Assembly (NCBI GenBank): GCA_035084275.1
Contig: CM068748.1
Location: 4,092,001 to 4,156,000 of the forward strand
Direction of reading: 5' to 3'
Length of the DNA stretch: 64,000 nt
Source of the DNA: Hydrolagus colliei
Taxonomy: Eukaryota
This document shows, piece by piece, positions 49,891 through 61,882 of the stretch; positions within the stretch are counted from its first letter, which is position 1, and each line of letters opens with the position of its first letter. The translations under genes were made by a program, and so were the position numbers. The notes below the pieces were generated by a model that was not told the DNA's origin, searched no databases, and saw only the letters and a list, made by a program, of their open reading frames with translations.

Positions 49891-52800
49891 GTTGCAGAGG
49901 TGGGGCGGACGGAGGTGGTGGTGGTGGTGGTGGGGATGGTTATCTTATTTGATGCTCGTAAAAAAATCAGGTGGAAGATATATCAATAATACCTTGTAAA
50001 ACTATGTAGTGATCAAAAAGTTGTGATACCATTACAATGTTTAATAGGTCTTTAGGAAATTATGTTTTTTTTAAGTTAATAGGGTATAGGGTAGCTGAAA
50101 AATAAGACTTTTTGGTCACCCTGTAAAACAAATGGCCATTTTATTGAAAGGTCTATTCACAATGGAAATAAGAGGTGGATTGTGATGTGCTCACAATACT
50201 TTGTGTAGTCGTTGTGTACTGTGCCCTTTGTTTTTTTTTACATGCCTAATAATTGGACACTGAGTAACCTAGAAACTACCCTTAGAAATTTAGGTCTGTC
50301 AAATGTAGACCAAAATAGCACATGCAAAATTAAGAGATGCAAATTAACCCTCTGGGTAGCTTTTTAGAAAGCAGGTAAAAAGGGTATAACAGCAAAATAT
50401 GCATAATTACAGCACAGTCTGAATATGCAAGATATTTAGTTGCTATCTCTGGTGAAGAATTTAAGTTTCTAAAACTAATGAATTCTAAGTGTCTTTTATA
50501 CGGCTCTGGCCTACATTCTGTGAGTAATATTAGGTGCACTTTGTAGTCAACAAGCAGATCTGCTACATATAAAATATTATCAACGATCTTGTCAACCTGA
50601 GCCCTAACCTCCTTTGTTATTTTCATCTGTTCTCCCCTCAGATGTCTCTCCTAGTGCCCATACCCCCTGAAGACTAGCAACAGGATGTCATACACCTGTT
50701 TTGCTTAAGGCTGGGACTTCAAACCCTTTGTGATAGTGTAGGCATTGGCTCACACGCTGCCTTGCTCAACGTATATGTCAAAATGTCAGATGATAGTTGT
50801 TGTATCTGCAGCTGTTGCGTAAGAACAGTGCCAGGGGCACAACGTTCCTGTGGTGAGCTTTAATTTGCTTTCCCCTCCCAGAAGAGCTTCCTCCCTCACC
50901 TTGCTGCTGTCTCTGCAGCTGTAGAGGAACGCAGTCTACAAGCAGCTGGGATAGGGGTGTGTGCAGAACCTTTTACACAATACACACTTAAGGTAAGGGG
51001 GTGGGGGGGGGGTGAACACAGCAATTCCTATTCACGAAACATAAACTGACATCTGCCACTTCTATTTTAATTCCTTTTTATGAAAACATTTGCTGCAAAA
51101 AAAAAACACAAATTGCTCACTTAGCTTAACAAGAAGTACAATTTCATCCATTTTGTACCTTCCAGAAAGCCTGGAGTATAGCCGCATATTTGAACTGCTG
51201 GCACACATGCCTCAATTCCTAGCTGCTGCCTCTCACACACAGCTGATAAAAGGCTGGAAATATTCGCTGTGCTCCAAAATTAATTCATTCCAAGGTTTTC
51301 CCCCAACACCTAACAAAGCGAGCAGGTTTTTTTTTAGCATTAAGAAAACGTGATCTACGGGAAGTAGCAAAAAAATAAAACAAATAATGCAATGAGGCTT
51401 TTTTCCCTCTCTGGTTTATATTAATTGCAAATGTATGTGCAAGGCACGAATAGGTAAAAAACAAACAATATGACCCAATACTTTGACTTTTGATATTTGT
51501 AATGATTTTTTTAAAATTCTGTCGAGATCCACATTAAATTGTATGCTAACTACATTTCTTGAGTTTATATTTTGCAGCTTATCGTTTTGCTCCCTCTCCC
51601 ATAGTTATTCCTTCAGTTAGGACAATTGGATGCTTCTCAATGCACCCTGGTCATCAATGTCCAATACCTTACACCTTTTGTTAAAAAAAATACAAATTGT
51701 TGTTGTTGATCACTAAGAGGTATGCTTCTGTGGGACAATGTTGGATGCTACTATCCTTTCCCATTCCTTCCCAATGGAACATTACAGTGCTGTATAGTGC
51801 TGCACAGTGCTCCAGCTTGTGTCCAGTGAACACCTTGCTGATCTCATCCAGTAAGAGCAAGTGAGTTCAAATATCAGCACAGCTTGGGACTCCCAACCCT
51901 GGTTGGCGGTCTGACACACATTCTCTTACGCAAAGTATTTTTGACACTCTAAATGGTAATAATATTTTATTAATATAGCTTTACAACTGGTGGTAGGCAT
52001 GTATTCTTGAAGAGAACAGCTGGAAATCTGATTATTTGGGACATCTCTGTTCCACATTCAGTTTGTTCATTTTGAATTCAGAAACATGTTCTTGTCCTGC
52101 TTGATGCAGATTATCAATCTTCAAAGATCAGGCGGGGCGTCACTATTACCATGGAGTGATTCAAAATAAGCACATCAGAAAATTCAGTAAAGTCTCCCTT
52201 TTAGTTTAAACTATGACACGTTTTATGATAGGATTGTGTTACTACTGCTGATACAAAGAGCGCTTACATTCTTCCTTTCCTCCTCCTCCTACCTACTTCT
52301 TCCGAGTCTCTGCACAATACATGGTCCTCAGCCAAGAGGACAGGATGTTCCTCTGTCCCTGAGCTCCACCAATGGCACTTTATTACTGTCCAATGTTCAG
52401 GGGGTTGCCAGCTCTCAGCATGACTCTAGATGGAACACTGCGTGCGTTTTGTCTCCATCCCTGTGAAGAAACCAATGGCCTATGCTCACTATCCTCTCCA
52501 TCCCCCCACACCTCGCCCCATCTCTCCACTCTACTGATAGTATGGCTAGGATCTTGAAATGCATTGTAAGTAAACCCTACAGATGTAAACCCATGTTCCA
52601 GCAATCCATAGCACAGTCAGTTGATGCTCCAACTTGTCATACCACTGAGCTACCTAAATGGAACTTTCATTCTTCAACAAAATAGCACTTCAAGCTCTGT
52701 AGTGAGTTACATCAAGAGAAATTAAATGGTTTAATGAAACATATTCTGTTCCTAACATATAATCACAGGATCATTCTAATGGTATATACTGTACATTTAC

Positions 52801-53034
52801 TCTAAGTTATTTGCAATTGCTTCATTCTTTATTGTTTTCAGCTTTGCAACTGTAAATGAAATGTTTCCTTCCAACTCCACTTCTTGGTTAGATATTTTAA
52901 ATAAGTACATAAATAAGAAAAAACTAAAATTCCTCCAAAAGCATTTACAGCTGCTGGAATTAACATTTAGCATACCGTTTATTTTGCATTTGAATTGTGG
53001 GTCTTGCTTTGCTGCTTTACAATACAACGCAATA

Positions 53035-53095
53035 AAATACAAAATTTACATTTATATACTGCCTTTCACATCGGAAGGACTTCCCAAGGTGCCTA
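53035..53095 (-). repeat. L2 3' tail fragment
   Basis: ttacatttatatactgcctttcacatcggaaggacttcccaaggtgc is a close reverse complement of 61737-61783. Confidence 0.8.
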
Positions 53096-54809
53096 ACTTA
53101 AAAATAGTCACCAAACCCCTATATAAATAGCTGTAGGATAATTTCCCTCACAAATCTACTATTCTGTTTTATCAGTTTAGAACTGATTCATTCAAATTTG
53201 TATTATAGCATTTCAGTTAAAACATGAATGTTCACTCTGCATCCCATCGAACTGCTCCCTGTACAACAGAGTATTTCTTTAATAATTTAGAATTGGCTGA
53301 ACCCTCCACTAACTGGAGGTGAGAGAGGGTAATGTACCATGAACAAAGTACTCCCCTTCCCAGCTTGCATGAGGCACAAGGAAATATACACTATTTACTT
53401 ATTATCATTGCAGTTTGGATTAGAAACGCAGCTGAACTCTCACTGGAGCGGATGTCAATAGACAATAGATGTAGAAAATGAATATTATAGTAAAATACGG
53501 TATATTATTTTCAATAAAGCTGCCCCTTTGTGCCATGTAGACTGCGTGTCTAATGTGCCTTTACATTTAATAAAAAAAATTCACCTGACCTGAAGCCACA
53601 CATCAAAAATCAGTGACTGTAATAGTGGTGGCTAGTAATGCAAACATTGAGAGGCAATTAAGCTAACTACTTCATGGTCTCTTCTTTAAAGACTATTAAA
53701 GTCAATTTTTATTCACAAAATAAAAACTTGAATATTTATGAACGGGGTGGGGCGGGGGGGAGGGGAGGGAAATTGGGGGCGATGGGTGGGGGGAGAGTGG
53801 AATTCACACACGTCTCATCCCTACAGGTAAATTGGGTCAAATCAGGATTTATTTCAAACTGTTCTTGAAAGTGGCTAACCTTACATTGAGGTCACAGTGC
53901 AGTGCGGCCAGTCTTGGGATGTGTGTATGCCACTGTAGTTGCTGAAAAAGAACATAGCAATTTTTCGAAAGAAAAATGAAATTCAAATGAAAATAATATT
54001 TGTTTAACCGAATTGACTGGCATTCTAAAAATGTGTGTACATTTGAAGATAAAAAGAAAAGATTTGATTGGTGCTTATCCATGTTGTGTTTTAATTGCTC
54101 AAGTTGGAAAGGTCAACAATGAAAAAGAATGGAGATTTATAATTATTATAAATATGAAATTGAAGTGTATTAGGGGCTTCAATTCAATAGTCAGGATCGC
54201 ATGGCTGCATAAGCCACACAGCTTATGGTTCTCCAGTTTATAATGTCATCAGAACTCAGACGAGTTGCAGCTCAGTTCCACATTCTCCAAATAATTAAAC
54301 ACGTAATCTCGTCTATTGTTTCCATGTAATTACTTCAGTGCAACGTGTATACTCATTCTATTTATTCTGGGATGTCTTCCTTTAATTTAATGTTTGTTCA
54401 GTTTTTTTTAAAAAAATTCTCTTTTACTTTTTTCCTCCACCCACCGAAAATGCTTTTAAAAGTACTGCTACACTTACAAAGCTGCTTGAGTTGTCATGCA
54501 ACCCATTATTTGAGATTGATCAAATTTCATTTGATATCAAAGATTGCTGCATTTATCACCTCAAAAGACTGGGAAACTTCCAGCTTTGAAAACACCTAAA
54601 ATGTTGTTCATCCCATTGCAGAAGCAGAATTTTTATTTATTTATGTGTTGTGGAATCATGATATCAAATAGAAAAATGCAGACATAGCAACACAAATAAG
54701 CACTGGATTCACAAAAATAGTCATGACGGTTCTGAAATACCTTTGCTAGATGCTAATGCTAAAAAGGGCCAAATATGTTTTTAAATTGTTTTTGAATTAA
54801 TCAAAATAT

Positions 54810-54895
54810 ATTTACAGTGAATTGACAGTATATTTGTGGGAGAAACGCGGCAGCCAATTGCGCACAGGAATGTTCCGCAAACATTTGTGGATTGA
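54810..54895 (-). mobile_element. SINE fragment, copy 7
   Basis: agtgaattgacagtatatttgtgggagaaacgcggcagccaattgcgcacag is the reverse complement of the 20755-20810 segment. Confidence 0.88.
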
Positions 54896-55394
54896 AATAA
54901 TTATTGTTTATTTATGAGGAGTTATTATTAGGCATGTATATTTGTGAGTGAAAAAAATTCCTTTCACCAAAATAATCTGTGGATACAATTCTCAGAGTGG
55001 TATAAGGACATATGATATACTTTCTTTTTTTTATTAAAGTACACTGTGGGGAAGATTTACTCTATTTCCCTTGTGTAGATTTACTCATGTTCTTAAGATT
55101 CAGAGCATCTGGAATTTGAAAACAGATTCACTTCAGCTTTATCTCTAACTTGGTTTTCTATCATTCTTTAAAATAATTTAGAGAAAACTGCATCAGTAGC
55201 AATAGCACAATTACAGGTCCAGAAAGAGAAAGTGGCTGTTTCATCCTTTGCTGTAATATAGAAAATGGGGGTGAGAACATAATAAAATGCTATTGAATAT
55301 TTTGCCCCTTTGTTTTCCAGTTTGACCCTTGCTCACTTGGTATTTTTTTTAAAAAAAATTCTCTCTCCTGGATTTTCTTTGTGAGTTTTAAAAC

Positions 55395-55448
55395 ATTCCA
55401 GGATGCTAGCCTGTTTGAAGGGCACTATATAAATGCAAGTTGTTGTTC
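55395..55448 (+). repeat. L2-type 3' tail fragment
   Basis: tgaagggcactatataaatgcaagttgttgtt. Confidence 0.65.
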
Positions 55449-56694
55449 TTTATCTTTCTGTTGTGAAAGCAATGACTCCCTAGCTAGGGTACAGCTCTTT
55501 GAGTGTCAGATGTAGGTCTGAATACAATATCAGCAGAGAAGATTCTGAACAAAAAAAAAGCCTGCTGGAAACTGTCGCTTGTAGCAGCTTTTGTATTTTT
55601 AACCGTCTCATTATAATTCCTGTTAGGGGTGATCAAATCACCCCCAACTGCATCAAGCATTCATATCAGGAACAAATAGTTACTGAGCAGTTTTCAGGAG
55701 AAGGTCAGATTACAAATAGTCTTTGTTGACAATAGTTATTTCCAAATGCAGCCAAAATGTACGAGCATATATGACAATCCAGGGGACCATTAATCTACAT
55801 TATCACTTTCTTTTTCCTGTGTACAAATACTATTGTTATACGCAAGTAGTGATTTAGACGATTCACGTGAACATAACCTGAGTTATATTTACTAATTAAC
55901 CGAGTAGTGAGCTAAGGATAACCACAAAACATATTTGTAGCAGTCAGTGCTGGAATAAAAGCTTTTCAGCAAATGAAGGGTCTCAACAAATTGGTTAATA
56001 TTGCTCCCTTACTAATATTCAGCAGTAATTTGTGTGCAGTGGTTTCTATTTCTATTTGTTAAATTGGAAAGATGTGGATTTCAATAGCTCACAGCATTAA
56101 TTTTACATTTGTAGTATTGATTATAAGTCAACGCATCAGCATCTCCCTATTGCAGTGCTCCTTTTCATATCACATGATCCATTCCAAAGCATTGGAGAGC
56201 ACTCAGTCTTTGACTATTCTCAGGAGTCTGCTTGTGATGGGGCAAGAACAAGCCACTGCTACCAATTTCTCAAAACAATCTGATATTGTAACATACTAGT
56301 GGGAATGGTTCTGCATTTCTGTGTCAGTTTTCAACCAACGTTTGGCGTTCGCACTTTGATGCAAAACTAAACAACGTAAATGCTTTAAGAATCCAGGAAA
56401 GGGTGTCCTTTCTGCTGAGATTACCAGAACTCTTGACTCTAAACTCAATCATGTTAAGTACAGGTAAATAACAGAGATGAAGGTTCATATATGACAGATC
56501 CCTCAAAGGGATATCACAGGCAGAGATTACAAAGTGTCTCCTGCTGATTTCCCTGTTATACATTAATACCTGCACTAAAACTGCAAATCTATCACCGTTT
56601 ATCAATAACAATGCATTTGGTGAATGTTAAAATGGTTGCTCACAGATCTTTTTATTAGTTTTAATTTCCATATCATCTCTGTACTGATGACACA

Positions 56695-56708
56695 GTTGCT
56701 ATGGTAAC
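56695..56708. promoter_or_regulatory. RFX X-box motif
   Basis: GTTGCTATGGTAAC; its reverse complement GTTACCATAGCAAC fits GTNRCC-N2-RGYAAC exactly. Binding is not shown. Confidence 0.55.
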
Positions 56709-58129
56709 AATTCTAAGTTGCTACCATAATCACACTGACTGCTTGCTGCTGAAAACACACTCTTTAATTCTGCCTTCAATTTAATTATTCTACACACACA
56801 TACAGCGGTGGTCACAACAAATGCTTAAAGGCCTCTATTTTGCTGCTGTACATGTTACTGAAGATTTATTTGCGAATCATTAAAACTCAAATCTGTTTTA
56901 CAGTGAAACTTGCTAAAATCACCAAATCCTTTAGATGGGTCTTAAAAACAAAATATTTTATGTTGCAGGTTTTTTTTACAAACACACGCATATCAGAGAA
57001 ACAATGAAAACATAGAACACGTTAATGCTTTGCATTATTTAGGAGATAGACAAGAAAACAAATACTGATCCCATCCAAAGCTTGTTATAGGGTCCATCAG
57101 ATTATTTTATAGCACATTCCCCAGGTTTTGACATTGCAATATTTTACAAGGTTACACAGTCCCAGTAGTTGGTGATGTGATAAATGTTCATAGGTTATCG
57201 ATGTTTAATGTTTTGCCACCTCCCACGTATTTATTAACTGTCTCTTAAAATTCAAATACCGGATCATGATATTGGTGCTGACAGAAGGCAATGGTCAAAT
57301 TGAAGCTGTCTGTTTTCCAACTTCTGGTATTGAATAGACTAAATTGAATATTTATATTATTGCTCTTTTTCCCCCAAGATTATTTAATTCTTAAATTATA
57401 TGCACCCATATTGAAAACTAAATTCTTGCAGGCTCTATGGCCTTGCTCCTCTATTCAGAGATAGATTTTTTTCTGTCTGTGTTTGGCGTGTTAGAAATTC
57501 TGAATTCGGGTCTTTATGTTATTGCTACAGTGACCCTGCTGAAAATTAGCCTTGAGCTAAGCCAGCTTCTCTTCTCAACTATATTGTGTAGTTGTGATTT
57601 ACTCTACTGAAATAAAAATACAATACAATACCTGGGGGACAAAGGATGTCTGCCAAGCACTGCAGTATTTTTAGCTGCTCCTGTTGTATTTTTCAAATGG
57701 CAACAAACCTGCCTATATCATTTAAGAAAGACTGCACTGAATTTGGGCAGTTCTATCATTGGAAGCTGTTGAAATTAAGAGTGTGCAGGCCAACAAACCA
57801 ATGGTTGGGTGCCCATCCACCGTAAGGCAAAATGATGTGTAACACAATTATTTTTGCTGATGTTTTAATGTCAGAAATTCCAAGAGGTTTCTTTATATTT
57901 TATCAGGTTAACATTAACAGAGCAATGTGGTAACTATACAATAGGGTGTCATTTGCCCCAATTCATATTATGATCAATTTGTTAAGGAAATATATACTTG
58001 ACCACAACATTCTGGAGGACTGAAGTGCAATTCTCTTTTGGACTGGAGTTACTATTTGTAGTTTTTGGATGCTTTAAACTCACTACATTCATTTAGAAAT
58101 CTCAGAAGAGGCAGAACCAAATAATTTTC

Positions 58130-58332
58130 CCCGGATTCCATTGCTCTCTTCGACCAGGTGGTGGGAGGCTTATTCTTGTGTCATGGACAATAATACTCCA
58201 GTAAATTGGATATCCACTTTATTCAGTGGCTGTGTGTGGGTACTGCTGTACACACTTTTGCCTCCAAATACTTGGTGGTAATTACCGGTGAAGCACTTTG
58301 AGACAGGTGCTATATGCAAGGATTATTATTTT
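58130..58332 (+). mobile_element. Decayed SINE, copy 8
   Basis: gctgtgtgtggg..tgctgt..gtgaagcactttgagac..gtgctatatgcaaggattattatt. Confidence 0.65.
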
Positions 58333-59284
58333 ATGACTTTGTTTATAGGAAAGCTCAACTAGTCACTTCAACTTTTAAGAATTGGATGGCTTAAGCCAAG
58401 ATTCTGTTACTTTTTAAGAACCAGATGGGTCTTGTAATTCAGTGCAATGATTGAGTAAATGTAGAACAATTCCGTTTTTCTTTTACAGATTTTTATAGGA
58501 ATATCAGGCCAGATTCAATGTGGAAACATTTGAGTGTATGGATTTGTAAATTGTAAGGTCATGCATTTTTACTGGATTCCATTTGGCAGAGAGATTATAA
58601 CAGGATATAGTCTGAGAAACATCTGGTACAGAATGTATAAAAACATTTTATGAATGCTTCTAATCCTTCAATCTGTCAGGACAGCGTATGGATGCTAAAA
58701 CAAAATCAATGAATCAATGTAATCAATCGATCAGACAAATAGTGCAACTTGATCTGATGCTGTGATTTTACACCTGTACTGTATGTGTACAGTCAGCCAT
58801 GGTTCTCATTAATCTGACTTTCCTGTTTTACACACACTTTGACCCACGCAGTGTCTTCCTGTACCTTCGGTAATGTTAAGCACATTGCATAAGTTTAGAT
58901 ATGCCAAAACAGGTCGAAATATTTGACTCAGTGAAATTCAATATGATTGAAGCTGCACAATTTATGGAATATCATGGGAAGATATAACAGTAACCATATG
59001 AAATCCATTTGAATAAAATCGTTTAACTGCTTAACGGAATCCTAATCCTGTCTCTGAGCCTACTTTCCATTTCTACCCTGGTTTTGGCACAGCAGAATGC
59101 AGAGGCAGTAACATTCCAGACAGCCAAGGTAATCAAATACACTTGAGTTCAGTGCTGACCCCTCACAGATCACTGGCTGATTCAGAGTCTTTCACATGAA
59201 CCATATTCATATCATTAGGTGCAAATTGATTCAGGTGCTTCCTGAGGACACAGTCTTAATATTGCATAGCACTACCTGTTTGCT

Positions 59285-59400
59285 GAGGCCAGGACACTGA
59301 ACTCATTTTAAAAAACACAGCTTAATGCTGCAATGGCAGAATGAGATCAGATGAGCCAAAGGGCATTCTTCATCCAAACTAATCTCATGATCTTGTGAGT
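59285..59400 (+). mobile_element. CR1-type 3' end (ATCTTGTG tail)
   Basis: agatgagccaaagggcattcttcatc..atctcatgatcttgtga, homologous to the 46790-46840 segment. Confidence 0.6.
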
Positions 59401-59741
59401 TAGTCACCTAAACTGGAGTTCATTACAAACGATGAATCAATGAGATGTTCAAATGACATTCCAAACTATGCCAACAAAACTCATGTGGTTATCAACATCA
59501 TCTCAACCCCAAGACATACATATGCATCCTTGAAACACACTCTGCAATATACATCCAGGTGGAATGGAAGACATTGCTTTTATTTGATTCTGGGTACATT
59601 ATCTTTTCTGACAGCAGTGGAAGGCAAAGCTCCTGAGATCAGCTCATGCGATTTGAACTTAAGTACCATTGTATCATTGGATGCAGTGATATCAGACTAT
59701 ATTTCATTGCATGTTACAGAAGCATTAGCACACCAAGTTCA

Positions 59742-59797
59742 AATATATATATATCTATATAACATATATAATATATATATACAATATATATATATAA
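59742..59797. repeat. (TA)-rich microsatellite
   Basis: Direct observation. Confidence 0.85.
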
Positions 59798-60720
59798 AAG
59801 CAGGATTGCAGTGATAAACTGTTGCTTAAGTTTTTAGTTGTGGCCAAGGATGTGTTATAATGGACAAAAGTGAAGGCTACATTCATTATTGTGTACTTTT
59901 GCTTCGTTTTCTATAACCCAAGGGGCCGTAGAACCTTAAAAATGCAATTAGTGTTTGTTTTGTTATACCCTCGTACCAAATGTACTTTAAAAACAGCAGA
60001 CAGTCTCACTCTTTGGTGACCCTACACTATCTAACTAGCTTATTCTTTGTGATGCCTGTGGTGATTTTGCCCACTGAAACTGATGCTTGGTGATGTCAAT
60101 TAGTGTACAATAGGGAAGCTAATTTATAACATGTGATAGTTTGTTCGCCAATCATATTTAGCATTTCAGTCCGAGGGTGTAATAAAACAAAATATATAGA
60201 CCATAGAGGTTAGACTTGAAGTGGGACCAGTGAACTCTCGAAACCTTGGAGTGGATGTTCAACAAAGCAGCTGGTTTTCTATCATTTACATAGTTCCCTT
60301 GGTCCATGATAAAAAAAAAGATGTCACGTTTGCTTTTGGTGGCCTACCTTAGTTTGATTCAAAGCTGTGAACAAGTTTTATTTATATATTTATTTATATA
60401 TACTTGCTGGATTGTTAGTGAGTTATTCGACTTCTCATGCGCTGTGAGAGAATGTCTGGATGTGTGTGGCTCTCAGTATGTCTGGCAGATACATCTTTTT
60501 ATTGCTATTTGCAATCAGGGAAACTGAAACTATAAATTTATTTTGATTCGTCCACTCATGAAGGCTTACTGGGTGTAAATCTATGAACATTAGCAGTTGT
60601 CTGGTATCCTCAGCAAGTAGTTATTTTTCATGGGGTTATGCATGCAGAAGAAGCCGTCCAGCTATTCAATAATAGGGGGATTTGTGCACTTTTCAATAAG
60701 AGTTATTTGGTAGCCATGCA

Positions 60721-60790
60721 ATAATAATAACAACAACAACTTCGATTTATATAGCGCCCTCCACGCCAGACGGCATCTCAGAGTGCTTTA
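60721..60790 (-). repeat. L2-type 3' tail fragment (inverted relative to the adjacent L2)
   Basis: Reverse complement reads taaagcactctgagatgccgtctggcgtggagggcgctatataaatcgaagttgttgttgtt. Confidence 0.8.
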
Positions 60791-60814
60791 AAAATGCTAC
60801 TATGCACTAGTACT

Positions 60815-61796
60815 GGACGACACCCAGTTGTACCTTTCTGCCTCATCCCTCAACCCCCAGACGATCGAGGTTCTGACAGCATGTCTGTCCGACATCGAGT
60901 CCTGGACGAGGGACAACTTTTTGTAATTGAACGTGAGTAAGACCGAGGCCCTCCTGATTGGCTCAAGCCAGCGCCTCCGCACATCGGGCGCTGCCAGCCT
61001 CAACATCCAAGGCTGCACTCTCCACCTCACAAAGCCAATCAGGAACCTCGGCATCATGTTCGATCAAAAACTTTCCTTCCTCCCCCACATCCGCACCTTG
61101 ACCGGCACCGCTTATTTCCACCTGCTCAACATTGCCAGGCTCCGCAACTATCTTACCCCCCGCGCTGCCGAAACACTCGTGCACGCGTACATCACCTCAC
61201 GGCTGGACTACGGAAACTCTCTCCTCGTCGGCCTCCCCAGTTCCTCGATTCACAGGCTGCAGGTCATCCAACACTCTGCAGCCCGTGTACTATCCCGCAC
61301 CCGCCTCCGTGACCACATAACCCCCACCCTCGCCCGTCTCCACTGGCTCCCCATCCTCCAGAGGATCGAGTTCAAGATCCTCGTCCTCACCTACAAGGCC
61401 TTACACGGCCTTGCCCCGCCCTATTTAACCAATCTACTCTCCCCCTACACGCCCACCCGGACCCTCCGTTCAACAGGACTTGGCCTGCTCCAAGCCCCCC
61501 GCCCGAACCGCCCCACCATCGGAGGCCGGGCCTTCAGTTTCTCCGCTCCCACCCTATGGAATGCTATCCCTCAATCACTCCGTTTCGTTTCTTCCCTTTC
61601 CTCTTTCAAAGCCGGTTTGAAGACTTTCCTCTTCGATCGTGCCTTTTGTTCCACCCCGAACTTTTTTACCTCCCCTTCGTGTTTCACCCCTTCCCAAACA
61701 CTCCCCTCCCAGCTCGGGTCACACGCCTCCTGTGCAGCGCCTTGGGACGTCCTCCCGACGTGAAAGGCGCTCTATAAATGTAATTTGTTGTTGTTG
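60815..61796 (+). mobile_element. Young 5'-truncated L2 (LINE2): RT C-terminal half, 3' UTR and (GTT)n tail
   Basis: DDTQLYLS..CLSDI.SW...NFL*LNVSKTE, RNLGIMFD, YFHLLNIARLR, SRLDYGNSLL, HITPTLARLHWLP, LKTFLF. It has one premature stop at 60924-60926, is CpG-rich, and has a candidate TSD TAGTA(C/T)T at 60808-60814 and 61797-61803. Confidence 0.97.
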
Positions 61797-61803
61797 TAGT
61801 ATT

Positions 61804-61882
61804 AATAATAAATAATAATCCTTGCATTTGATATAGCGTTTTCCACATCTTCCAGACATCTCAAAGCGTTTCACAGAACATA
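61804..61882 (-). mobile_element. SINE 3' tail, copy 9
   Basis: aataataatccttgcatttgatatagcgttttccacatc..acatctcaaagcgtttcacagaa. Confidence 0.85.

Noticed and set aside
60801-60814. 9-bp in-frame insertion inside YADD (YA-LVL-DD)
   Set aside because: It is better explained as flanking DNA plus the TSD at a 5' truncation point. TATGCA is probably coincidental.
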